A DNA stretch of 16,525 nucleotides from Archangiaceae bacterium (GCA_043750125.1 JAYVCD010000271.1:1-16525), one strand, 5' to 3'. Positions 1 through 8,341 are shown, counted from the first letter of the stretch. The notes: a model not told the origin generated them from the letters alone. Translations and numbers: made by a program.

Positions 1-1
1 C

Positions 2-1855
2 GCGCTCTACACCCTGCCCTACACGATCAAGAACGTGGGCGGAGTCCGGGTCGGGATCATCGGGCTGGCCAACATCAGCTCGCTCAACTCGATCGTCGAA
101 GGCGGCAACTCGCTGCAGGCCACCCCGCTCGAGCAGAACGAAGCGGCCCGCGGCTACATCGAGCTGCTCAAGCCGGTCACCGACGTGATCGTGATCGTCA
201 GCCACGCCGGGCTCACCGAAGATCAAGACCTGATCCAGGGCTACGAGGCGTACTTCGAGTTCGGCCGGATCAAGTACTACCTGAACCGACCCGGCAACCG
301 CTGGGAGATCCTCGAATGGTTCGGGCCCGAAGGCGATCCGCTCTCGGTGGTTCGGGTCAAGATCCCCGGCGTCACCGGAGTCGACCTGATCATGGGTGGG
401 CACCTCCACATCGTGCTCAACCCTCCGCAGCAGCTGACCGACCCGACCGGGCGAAAGGTGATCCTCAGCCACAACGGCGCCTTCGCGAAGTACCTGGGCC
501 GACTGGACGTGGTGTTCAAGATGCCGCCCGAAGGGGGCGCGGTCGAAGGCGCCGAAGTCATCAGCCACGACTACAAGGTCTTTCCGGTCGACGCGCTGTG
601 GTGTTCCGACGCGATGCACGACTACTACAAGACGAAGTTCTGGAGCCCGGGCCAGTTCATGGCCGACCCCCAGGTCCAGGCGGCGCTCAAGGAATGCACC
701 GCCCGCGAGGACAAGGAAACCACCCAGCTGCTCCAGCCGTACATTCTCGATCTCGACTTCAAGCTCTCGCTGACTTCGCTGTTCGCCTACGCGCCCAGTG
801 ACATCGCCCGGCGCAACAACTCGACCGGAGGCGATTCGCCCCTGGGGAACGTCACCGCGGACTCGATGCGCAAGCGTCGCCGGGTCGAAGCCGAGGTCGC
901 GGTCACCAACTCACTGGGAATCCGCGACAACTTGTACGCCGGGCCGCTGACCCAGGAATCGATGTTCAACGTCTTCCCGTTCGAGAACACGATCAACATC
1001 ATGTATTTGTCCGGAATCGAGATGGAGGAGATGTTCGACTTCATCTCTGACCGCTCGGCCAGCCGGGGCTGCGTGGCCCAGGCGCAGGTGTCGGGGGCTC
1101 GCTTCACGATGGACTGTGCCCAGGTGCAGCTCAATCAGCTGCGGCTGGCGTGTGACCCGAAGAACAAAGGCACCGACTGCCCGACCGACGTCCGCACCGA
1201 CCGCGCTCCCTGGCAGTGCCTGGAGGACAACGCGGGCAGCCGCTGCTGGGCTCACCCTGCGACCAACATTCAGATCAATGGCAAGCCGCTGGACGGCTAT
1301 TCCACCTACCGCGTCGCGGTGAACGACTACATCGCTAAGGGCGGCTCGGGCTTCGTGGTGCTCAAGCGGAACACCACCCGCTTCGAGACCGGCATTCCCC
1401 TGCGCGATTCTTTGATTGGTTACCTCCAGGGCTATTGCACCTGCGACGACCTCAACGCCGACGCCCGAGACCCGTCCGGCAATGTGATCGGCAAGAACAA
1501 GCAGCTGTGCGGCAGCATCGTGAACGGAACGTGGACGGTCGGAGCCCAGGAACTGGTGTTCTGCAAGAGCGCCAAGACCTTCAGGGACAAGCTGGTCGAA
1601 GACAACCTCGGCTGTCGTTGCGTCGATGTGTTTCGCAAGACTCCGGCGTGCGGCACTGCTGAAAAGCTCGCGGGCTGCCTGCAGTCGTTGCCCCCCGGTC
1701 CTGCGCTGGGCAAGTGCGCCTGTCGCGAAGCGCTTGCCGCGGACCCGATGTGCGGCAACGTCACTTCGCAAATTCGATCGTTTTGTGAAAACCCCACTGC
1801 GCTCGCAATCGCGGCCGGAAACGAAGACGGTCGAATCGGCCGGAGGGTCAAATGA
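2..1855 (+). CDS. Bifunctional metallophosphatase/5'-nucleotidase (UshA/CD73-like), 5'-truncated by the window edge, with Cys-rich insertions
   Basis: The frame is open from base 2 (ALYTLPYTIKNVGGVRVGIIG), so the GTG at 35 is not the real start. Calcineurin-like motifs IVSHAG and GVDLIMGGHLH; linker GAFAKYLGRLDV; 5'-nucleotidase C-domain motifs DSPLGNVTADSMR, TNSLGIRDNL, VFPFENTI, YRVAVNDYIAKGGSGF and terminal DGRI. Confidence 0.9.
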   Translation, partial: ALYTLPYTIKNVGGVRVGIIGLANISSLNSIVEGGNSLQATPLEQNEAARGYIELLKPVTDVIVIVSHAGLTEDQDLIQGYEAYFEFGRIKYYLNRPGNRWEILEWFGPEGDPLSVVRVKIPGVTGVDLIMGGHLHIVLNPPQQLTDPTGRKVILSHNGAFAKYLGRLDVVFKMPPEGGAVEGAEVISHDYKVFPVDALWCSDAMHDYYKTKFWSPGQFMADPQVQAALKECTAREDKETTQLLQPYILDLDFKLSLTSLFAYAPSDIARRNNSTGGDSPLGNVTADSMRKRRRVEAEVAVTNSLGIRDNLYAGPLTQESMFNVFPFENTINIMYLSGIEMEEMFDFISDRSASRGCVAQAQVSGARFTMDCAQVQLNQLRLACDPKNKGTDCPTDVRTDRAPWQCLEDNAGSRCWAHPATNIQINGKPLDGYSTYRVAVNDYIAKGGSGFVVLKRNTTRFETGIPLRDSLIGYLQGYCTCDDLNADARDPSGNVIGKNKQLCGSIVNGTWTVGAQELVFCKSAKTFRDKLVEDNLGCRCVDVFRKTPACGTAEKLAGCLQSLPPGPALGKCACREALAADPMCGNVTSQIRSFCENPTALAIAAGNEDGRIGRRVK

Positions 1856-3978
1856 TAACCCGCTCATTCCTGCTCGTCGCGCTGCTGGTTCTGGCCGGCT
1901 GTCCGAAGATCCCCCCCCCGGGCGCCCCGCCTCTCTCGTCGTTTCGAGTCCTGCCTCGGGGGCTGTTCAGCGGCACCGGCCCCACCCGCACTCCGTTGGC
2001 GGTGGTGACGGCGTGCGCGAGGAAGTACGGCGGTCAAGCGATGGTGCCTGCGGCCGAGAAGGGCACCAAGGCCTGTCCTTACGCGATCGCCCGCGGCGAA
2101 ATTGAAATCGACCTCACCGCCACTGCGCTCGACGTCCTCGGCCAGCCCGCGGCGACGTTCAACGGTCCGGTGAGCTTTCGAGTGGTCCCAGGCGATCTGT
2201 CGGGCGGGTATGAGAGCCGGTTCGCGATGGCGGCCGCGGGCGTGGTGACCACCACGATTCGCACCCTCCACCAGTACGGCGCGACCCGGGTCTGGGCTGA
2301 GGACGCGCCCCCGACGCCCCTGTATTCCGACGGCGGAATCATCCCAGGGCTTCCGGAAGAGCCCGCCCATCGCACCTATGCCACCGGTCTCTCGCCGCTG
2401 ATCTACTTCGAGGAACCGACGCTTGCGAAGGTGCAGATCCCCGATGGGTTCGACAACCGCAGCTCGCCGCTGGTCGGCGAATTTCTTACCATCGGAAAGA
2501 CCCCCGCGTCCGGTGAGCAGCTGGTTCAAAGCTGTTCCGATGATCCGCAGCGCGACGGAAAACCTTCGCTGATGGTGATCACCGGTACCGACCCTTCGGG
2601 CTTCTTCGTCACTGACGTCTCGGCCTGCCGGCTGGTCGAGCTGACCGACGCGGGCGGTCTGGATGCCCCCCGCACCGCCGAGCCCAAGGATCCCTGCATG
2701 CTGGCGCTGACGGCCGGAGGCTCGGTGCAAATCGAAGCCTGGGACGCAGGCGCTTCCACCGGCCCCGCGCGCTGCAAGGTCTCGAACGAAGAGTGCGCCG
2801 CCACCGCCAACTGCCGCAGCTACCTGCCGGGCACCTACGCGCACATGTTCGTCTACAACTACAGCTTCCCTGACGGTCTGGACGAAGGCGACCTGCTGTG
2901 GACGTTGTCGGGCTCGGTGCAGGAATTCACCAGCACCACCCAGATGACCTTCCCCAGCTGGAGCATCGCCGAGAAAGTGCGCCGCCTTCCTCCGGCCCAG
3001 TGGAACAAGTGGCTGCAGTACGCTCCGGCAGTCGAGATCAACAACCGCACCTGCGGCTCTCAGGACGTGCTGCCTGCTTTCCTCACCGACCAGCTGTGTG
3101 GTCACAACCGGCGCAACCTGAAGATGGAAAGCCTCGAGTCGGGGCTGGTGAAGATCCGCAACATCCGCTTCCCGTCGGTGTTCACCAATTGCGATTTCAA
3201 CGCCAACCTGATCGTTCCTTTCTTCTGCGACACCCGGCCCGCCACGACGTGGATCTGGGGCAGCTGCGCCTTCCCGCCCTCGCCTCCCGAGCCGCCCGAG
3301 GACACGATCGAACGGGTCTGCAATTCGGACTGCGTCATCGGCACCGGCGCGTTCGAAGGGAAGATCTGTTCCGAGCGCACCACCTACGTGGGCTTTGGTC
3401 AGTTCGTCGTCGAGATGAACCCTCCGGGCAATGGCACCTGGGGCTTCGATGAGAGCGTCCCTGCGCGGGTCCAGCACTTCCAGGCCAACGCCACCGCGAC
3501 CTCCCCGGACGTCCCCTATACCGCGGGCGTCGAGGTGAACGTCGGCTGCGAGGCGGACGTTCGAATCGCCTTTGGTGACGCCTCGGTGGTCGCCACCCAG
3601 GCCGACCTTCTGCTCTCTGCCCATACGCCGCTGAAGCACGTCTTCACCGCGACGCAGACCACCGTCTCGGTGCTGGTTCCCATTGGAGGCGTCGCCTCGA
3701 AGTGCTGGATCGCGCAGAACTTCCACAACCGGATGAACATCGTCACCAAGGACGCGCTGCCCGAATTGCAGCCCGACTGCCTCGACAATGATCCCGACGA
3801 AGCCAAGGCCACCCAGTGCAAATACATTCGGGGGGCGACGTTCGATCTGGTCGGCCACCTGCGCCAACTGCAGCCCGGCCGCCCCCGGTGGGCGATTCTT
3901 CCCCGCGCTGCCGACGACATCTGCTGCCACCCTGGCCCGGGCCTGCAGTGCCCCAAGCCGGTCCTACCCTGCCCATGA
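1852..3978 (+). CDS. Cys-rich lipoprotein (708 aa) with putative OB-fold domains related to ExeM/YhcR-type extracellular nucleases
   Basis: GGAGG at 1842-1846; ATGA overlap with the upstream stop; signal peptide II with lipobox LAGC (Cys17); 25 Cys. Motifs SSPLVGEFLTI, VITG..PSGFFVTD, MFVYN, EGDLLWTLSGSVQEFTSTTQM, ESLESGLVKI and ILPRAADDI resemble the OB-fold pattern of that family. The CDS is secure; the domain call is tentative. Confidence 0.75.
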   Translation: MITRSFLLVALLVLAGCPKIPPPGAPPLSSFRVLPRGLFSGTGPTRTPLAVVTACARKYGGQAMVPAAEKGTKACPYAIARGEIEIDLTATALDVLGQPAATFNGPVSFRVVPGDLSGGYESRFAMAAAGVVTTTIRTLHQYGATRVWAEDAPPTPLYSDGGIIPGLPEEPAHRTYATGLSPLIYFEEPTLAKVQIPDGFDNRSSPLVGEFLTIGKTPASGEQLVQSCSDDPQRDGKPSLMVITGTDPSGFFVTDVSACRLVELTDAGGLDAPRTAEPKDPCMLALTAGGSVQIEAWDAGASTGPARCKVSNEECAATANCRSYLPGTYAHMFVYNYSFPDGLDEGDLLWTLSGSVQEFTSTTQMTFPSWSIAEKVRRLPPAQWNKWLQYAPAVEINNRTCGSQDVLPAFLTDQLCGHNRRNLKMESLESGLVKIRNIRFPSVFTNCDFNANLIVPFFCDTRPATTWIWGSCAFPPSPPEPPEDTIERVCNSDCVIGTGAFEGKICSERTTYVGFGQFVVEMNPPGNGTWGFDESVPARVQHFQANATATSPDVPYTAGVEVNVGCEADVRIAFGDASVVATQADLLLSAHTPLKHVFTATQTTVSVLVPIGGVASKCWIAQNFHNRMNIVTKDALPELQPDCLDNDPDEAKATQCKYIRGATFDLVGHLRQLQPGRPRWAILPRAADDICCHPGPGLQCPKPVLPCP

Positions 3979-5519
3979 ATTTTCAGCCCACCGTCTTCGG
4001 AGGTTTCTTGCGACTGCTTCCCCGCTTTGCCGCGCTGTCGGTCCTCGCTGCTGCCACTGCGCACGCTGGAGACTTCGTCGACACCCGGATCAGCATCGTC
4101 CTCGCCGACGACAACCTGCTGGCGAGATCCGGCGAAACGAAGATCAACAGCCCCGATGTCGGCTTCGGAGCCACGTCCGGAAACACCCAGTTCTACGACA
4201 ACTTCAACACCAAGTTTTCCGGGTTCGAGTCGCTCTCGAACATCGTGCTCTACAAGAAATCGGCGTCCTACTTCGACGGCTTCAGCGGCGAGGCAGCGCT
4301 GGCGATCAACGTCTTGATGCGCCCCGCAGGCACGATCGACTTCCGGGACAACAGCAGCTACCTCAAGCTCAACTACCGGCCCGCGGGCTGGGGCGAGAAG
4401 GAAGAATTGTCCTTCACCGGCTTTCCGGTCAGCTCAGATCGCTTTCGCCTCGGCTACGCCTACCGGATCAGTTGGGGCGGCAGCTCGGTCTTCACCAACC
4501 GCGCCCTCAACGACGGGGTCCCTGGAGCGCGCCTGCAGGTGACCCGCGATCGCTGGTACGCGTTTGCCGGCCTGAAGACCGGCCTGCTGCTCAACGACCG
4601 CACCCTCGAGAAAGAGCGCGTCTACGGGGCGATGCTCGGCGGCGGCTACGACATCAGCGATACCCTGCGCATCGAGGCCAACGGCGGCTACTTCCAGAAG
4701 GGCATCGTGCCCGGGCTTGCCAACCAGGGCATCGAGGCCCCGGTCAACGCGCGCGGAATTTCGACCCAGCTGACCTGGCACGTCGGAGTGCCCGTCGGCA
4801 CCAGCATCGACTTCAAGCTCTACCGAAACGACCCTGAAATCTTCCAGAAGTTCTTCACCCCCGAGCAGTACCCCGGGGGCCTGTCGTACAGCGTGTCGAT
4901 CGAAGGGGCGTACCTCGATCAGACGCTCGAAGATCCCGACGTCTTCGCCAAGACCAAGATCCAGACGGCCACGGCGGTCGCGCTGCAAGGTCGCGCGAAG
5001 TTCAACTTCCTCCGGGTGAACATCCTCGCGCTCTACCGCACGCTCTCGTACATCCAATTCGATGTGCCCGGCATTCCGCCCTACAAGGACTTCCCGACCG
5101 GCACCGTGCAGAAGCCCGAAATGTTCGTCGCGATCGGGGCCGACTACCACTTCCCCGGCCTCCACCTGACCCCCGGAATCATCCTGGGAATTCAGCAGCC
5201 GGCGAGTTTCAAGAGCCCCTCGACGCTGCAGGGAGGCAACAACCCGCCCGCCGCAGTCAGCGGCTCACGAACCGTCGTCCTCAGCGGGGTGAACGACTTC
5301 GAGATTCTTCCGACCAACTTCGAGGCGTTGCCGATCATCTCGGCCAAGGTCAACGCGAAGCTCGATCTGTCTGACTACATGTCGTTCATCGGCGAGCTCT
5401 ATTACACCCGCAACCCGAACCGGACGACGTTCCGGGACAGCGTGGCCGGAATCGCCGAGCCGAGCTTCGAGAAAGAGCACGCGCTGGGCTTCAACCTGAT
5501 CATGCAGGCGCGCTTCTAG
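3975..5519 (+). CDS. Predicted outer-membrane beta-barrel protein of unknown function (about 514 aa)
   Basis: ATG at 3975 overlaps the upstream TGA (ATGA); an alternative in-frame TTG at 4008 follows GGAGG at 3999-4003. The ORF-track start at 3816 is over-extended. Signal peptide I ending ATAHA|GDF; many amphipathic, aromatic-rich strands (SYLKLNY, WYAFAGLKTG, LRIEANGGYF, LSYSVSIEGAY, MFVAIGADYHF); C-terminal LGFNLIMQARF ends in Phe like a BAM beta-signal; no Cys. Confidence 0.75.
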   Translation: MNFQPTVFGGFLRLLPRFAALSVLAAATAHAGDFVDTRISIVLADDNLLARSGETKINSPDVGFGATSGNTQFYDNFNTKFSGFESLSNIVLYKKSASYFDGFSGEAALAINVLMRPAGTIDFRDNSSYLKLNYRPAGWGEKEELSFTGFPVSSDRFRLGYAYRISWGGSSVFTNRALNDGVPGARLQVTRDRWYAFAGLKTGLLLNDRTLEKERVYGAMLGGGYDISDTLRIEANGGYFQKGIVPGLANQGIEAPVNARGISTQLTWHVGVPVGTSIDFKLYRNDPEIFQKFFTPEQYPGGLSYSVSIEGAYLDQTLEDPDVFAKTKIQTATAVALQGRAKFNFLRVNILALYRTLSYIQFDVPGIPPYKDFPTGTVQKPEMFVAIGADYHFPGLHLTPGIILGIQQPASFKSPSTLQGGNNPPAAVSGSRTVVLSGVNDFEILPTNFEALPIISAKVNAKLDLSDYMSFIGELYYTRNPNRTTFRDSVAGIAEPSFEKEHALGFNLIMQARF

Positions 5520-5520
5520 G

Positions 5521-5551
5521 AAAAGCCCGGCTGCCTTAGAGGCGGCCGAGC
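5521..5551 (-). terminator. Putative intrinsic terminator overlapping the stop codon of the HlyD-like gene
   Basis: Minus-strand RNA GCUCGGCCGCC-UCUAA-GGCAGCCGGGC-UUUU: 10 of 11 stem positions pair (one G-U, one C-A mismatch), followed by only four U. It lies at the junction of convergent genes. Confidence 0.45.
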
Positions 5552-7104
5552 AGGGACTTCGAAGTTCCGGCGAAGCTCGACTCACCCGTCGAGCCGCCCT
5601 TGAAGCCGCCCTTCGCGTTGTCCAGCGGAGCCTCGGCCGAAGAGCCGCTGACCTTCTGAACCACCGCCTGCGCCGCAACCGAGCCGACCTTCAGCTGCAG
5701 CTCTGAGCCGACCTTCAGCCTCTCGCCGCGCGGCACCGAGATCATCACCCTCAAGGTGCGCGAGTCTTCGAGCCGGGCAATGACCGAGCCCGCCTCGAGC
5801 ACCTGGCCGGGCCTGGCCGCCAGCCCCTGGACGAAGCCGTCGCCGGTGGCGAGCACCGCCAAATCGGTCGCTTCGAACTTCGCCCGCGCCAGCTCGCCAT
5901 CGAGCATCATCAGCTCGCCCTGAATCGAAGCGGGCACCGGGACGGTGAGCGAAGCCACGGTCTTCTGGGCCGACGCCACCGCAGCCTTCGCCGCCGTCGC
6001 TTTCTTGTCGGCCTTGGCAATCGCCGGGGACTTCTTGGCCTTCGAGCTGGCCTTCAGCTTGTCGAGGTCCGCCTGCGCTTTCGACTGCGCGGCGTTGGCC
6101 TTGTCGAGCCTGGCCTGGGCGTCCTGCAGCTTCTTTGCGCTCGCCGCGCCTGCCTTGTTCTTCTTCTTCACGTCAGAAATCCGCGCCTCGACGGCGACGA
6201 TCTTCTTCTGCGCGGCGGCGGTGTCCCATTGGGCCAGGGCCGCGCCCTTCTCGACCCACTGTCCCTCGGTGACCGAGATCGCGCTCAACGTACCGGCCCT
6301 GGGCAGCGTCACCGAAGTGATCGCCTTGGGCACCAACGTGAACGGAGCGGTGGCCGTGTGGGGCATCGGGGCAATCAGGCCGGCGGCAATCACCATCAGC
6401 GCCATCGCGCCGATCACCAGGCCCTTCTTCGATCTTCCCGGGGGCTTCCAATCGGAATCCGCAGGCACGGTGGGGTCTTCAAACGGGTGCTTCTGGCTCA
6501 TGGCGTGCTCGTTGATAGCCGAGTTCACTTCACCCTGGTTGAACCAGCTTTTCTCGGCTTCGGCAAAAACGTCCGAGAACGGCGGGCTCGAGGGTCCACT
6601 TTCGGGTCGAAGCCGTTCCAACACCCAGTGGAGAAGTTGCTGTGCTTCTTTGATCGAGGGCGACCGGGCGAGCAGCGCATCGAGCCTCGAGCGGGCGGCG
6701 ATGAAGCGCTCGGCGCGCGCTTCCCGCAGCGCTTCCTGGAACAGCCTTCGAATCTCTTCGGTCCATTCCGAGCGCGCTTCCCAGGTGGTGATGTCGATCG
6801 ACGCCATCCCAGCCAGCTCGGTCAGAAATCCTTCTTTGCTCAGCTTGCGCAGAAATCCGTTCAGGCTCTCGATCGACATCGGCAGTCCAATCTGCCCGGA
6901 CGCCGTCAACACTTCCTCGGCGGTTCGCCGGCCGTTGAGCATGCGCGCCAACGACAGCTCGAAACCCTTGAGCACCAGAAACTTTCCGGTGAGGGGATCT
7001 TCGAGATGAACTTCGGACTCACCTCGACCCGGCAGGGGATCGCCGATGGTCAGGTCGGCCCGCAGCACGGGCACCACGTCAGACAATGAGAGCTGATCTC
7101 GCAT
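5536..7104 (-). CDS. HlyD/membrane-fusion (periplasmic adaptor) family protein with an N-terminal PqqD-like domain
   Basis: N-terminal PVLRADL...LEDPLTGKFLVL...LARMLNGRRTAEEV...FLRKLSKEGFL has a PqqD-like winged-helix pattern. One TM segment (GLVIGAMALMVIAAGLIAPMP); lipoyl half-motifs PRAGTLSAISVTEGQWVEKGAALAQWD and ATGDGFVQGLAARPGQVLEAGSVIARL flank an Ala/Lys-rich coiled coil. Confidence 0.75.
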   Translation of the reverse strand: MRDQLSLSDVVPVLRADLTIGDPLPGRGESEVHLEDPLTGKFLVLKGFELSLARMLNGRRTAEEVLTASGQIGLPMSIESLNGFLRKLSKEGFLTELAGMASIDITTWEARSEWTEEIRRLFQEALREARAERFIAARSRLDALLARSPSIKEAQQLLHWVLERLRPESGPSSPPFSDVFAEAEKSWFNQGEVNSAINEHAMSQKHPFEDPTVPADSDWKPPGRSKKGLVIGAMALMVIAAGLIAPMPHTATAPFTLVPKAITSVTLPRAGTLSAISVTEGQWVEKGAALAQWDTAAAQKKIVAVEARISDVKKKNKAGAASAKKLQDAQARLDKANAAQSKAQADLDKLKASSKAKKSPAIAKADKKATAAKAAVASAQKTVASLTVPVPASIQGELMMLDGELARAKFEATDLAVLATGDGFVQGLAARPGQVLEAGSVIARLEDSRTLRVMISVPRGERLKVGSELQLKVGSVAAQAVVQKVSGSSAEAPLDNAKGGFKGGSTGESSFAGTSKSLLGRL

Positions 7105-7111
7105 CAGTCTT

Positions 7112-8263
7112 TTAGAGCCCCATTTGTTTGCTGATGATCTCGTTCATGATCTCACTGGTTCCGCCACCGATCGGCCCCAGGCGCGCATCTCGCCAGTGAC
7201 GCTGAATGTCGTATTCCATCATGTACCCCGCACCGCCGTGCAGCTGCAGCGACTGGTCGGCGAGCTTGCAACACATCTCGGTCGCCAGCTTCTTTGCCAT
7301 CGCCGTCTGCCCCAGCGCGTGTTCCCCGGCGACGTGCAGCCGCAGCGCATGGTACGTCAGCTGACGGGCGGCCTCGAGCTCGGTGGCCATCTCGGCCAGC
7401 CGGTGACGAATCACCTGAAACTCGGCGACCGTTCGGCCAAACGCCTTGCGCTGCTTCACGTACGAAATCGCCTGCGCGAGAATGTCATCGGCCGCCCCGA
7501 CGGCGCCCAGGGCCAGCGACAGCCGTTCCCACTGAAAATTGCCCATGATCTGAAAGAAGCCCTGGCCCTCTTCGCCCAGCAGGTTCTCCTGGGGCACCCG
7601 GCAGTCCTCGAAGAAGAGCTCGGCGGTGTCCGACGCGCGCCACCCGACCTTCTTGAGCTTTCGCCCCACGCTGAACCCCGGCGTCCCCTTGTCGACAATC
7701 AACATCGACAGCCCCCGGTGCCCCTGGTCCGGGCGGGTCTTGCAGGCCACGATCACGTAGTCGGCCCGCACCCCAGAGGTGATGTAGGTCTTGCTCCCGT
7801 TGAGCACCCAGTGGTTTCCGTCCAGCCGGGCATGGCTCGACATTCCGGCCACGTCACTGCCCCCCGACGACTCGGTCACGGCAAAAGCGCCGATCTTTTT
7901 TCCTTCAATCGCTGGCCGCAGGTAGGCGAGCTTCTGCGCGTGGGTCCCAAAGGAGTGAATCGGAGCCGTCGCGATGGTCATCTGGGCCCCGATCCCCGCC
8001 GCGACCCCTCCACTGCCACAGCGGGCCATCTCTTCGATCAGCACCGCCTCGTAGAGAAAGCCGGCCGCGGTCCCGCCGTAGGCCTCGGGGTACTTCAGGC
8101 CGAAGAAGCCGTGCCCGGCGAGCGTGCGGTACAGCGCCAGGGGGAATTCTTCGGCCTCGTCCCACTGCGCGGCAAAGGGGACGATCTCTTTGGAAATGAT
8201 CTGCCGGGCCGTGGCTCGAAATGCCTCGTGCTGCTCTGAATACAATCCAAATCCGAAGCTCAC
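7112..8263 (-). CDS. Acyl-CoA dehydrogenase (LCAD/IVD-type catalytic arrangement)
   Basis: GTG start with GAGGAG at 8268-8273. Motifs [69 protein letters not shown] and IGGGTSEIM. The MCAD-type Glu of IYEGT is absent; the likely catalytic Glu is in FQWERL. Confidence 0.95.
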   Translation of the reverse strand: MSFGFGLYSEQHEAFRATARQIISKEIVPFAAQWDEAEEFPLALYRTLAGHGFFGLKYPEAYGGTAAGFLYEAVLIEEMARCGSGGVAAGIGAQMTIATAPIHSFGTHAQKLAYLRPAIEGKKIGAFAVTESSGGSDVAGMSSHARLDGNHWVLNGSKTYITSGVRADYVIVACKTRPDQGHRGLSMLIVDKGTPGFSVGRKLKKVGWRASDTAELFFEDCRVPQENLLGEEGQGFFQIMGNFQWERLSLALGAVGAADDILAQAISYVKQRKAFGRTVAEFQVIRHRLAEMATELEAARQLTYHALRLHVAGEHALGQTAMAKKLATEMCCKLADQSLQLHGGAGYMMEYDIQRHWRDARLGPIGGGTSEIMNEIISKQMGL

Positions 8264-8311
8264 GCTGCTCCTCGCGGCAATGCCTCTTCTCGTCGCCGGC
8301 GCGCAGTCTAG

Positions 8312-8341
8312 TTGACCGTTCGAAGTCGCGGTGCGTATAAG
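8312..8341 (+). promoter_or_regulatory. Sigma70-type promoter for tRNA-Cys
   Basis: TTGACC (8312-8317), 18-nt spacer, TATAAG (8336-8341), then a GC-rich discriminator CCGCGC typical of stable-RNA promoters; the tRNA starts 10 nt after the -10 element. Confidence 0.65.

Noticed and set aside
1864-3930. 688-aa antisense ORF, plus other long overlapping ORFs (911-1867, 5945-7009, 7124-8239, 8446-9465, 11563-13263, 13388-14884, 15034-16497)
   Set aside because: They overlap well-supported genes, have no recognisable motifs, and are expected shadows of high-GC codon bias, which depletes stops in alternative frames.
3816-3974. N-terminal extension of the barrel ORF given by the ORF track
   Set aside because: It overlaps the lipoprotein's 3' end by about 160 nt; the signal peptide and ATGA overlap support a start at 3975 or 4008.
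5960-6225. Repetitive-looking GCC/TTC-rich DNA
   Set aside because: Explained by the Ala/Lys-rich coiled coil on the minus strand; there are no regularly spaced direct repeats or CRISPR-like structure.
7081-7095. QLSLS near the N-terminus of the HlyD-like protein resembling a clamp-binding motif
   Set aside because: It lacks the terminal Phe and sits in a membrane-fusion protein with no DNA-related context; likely chance.
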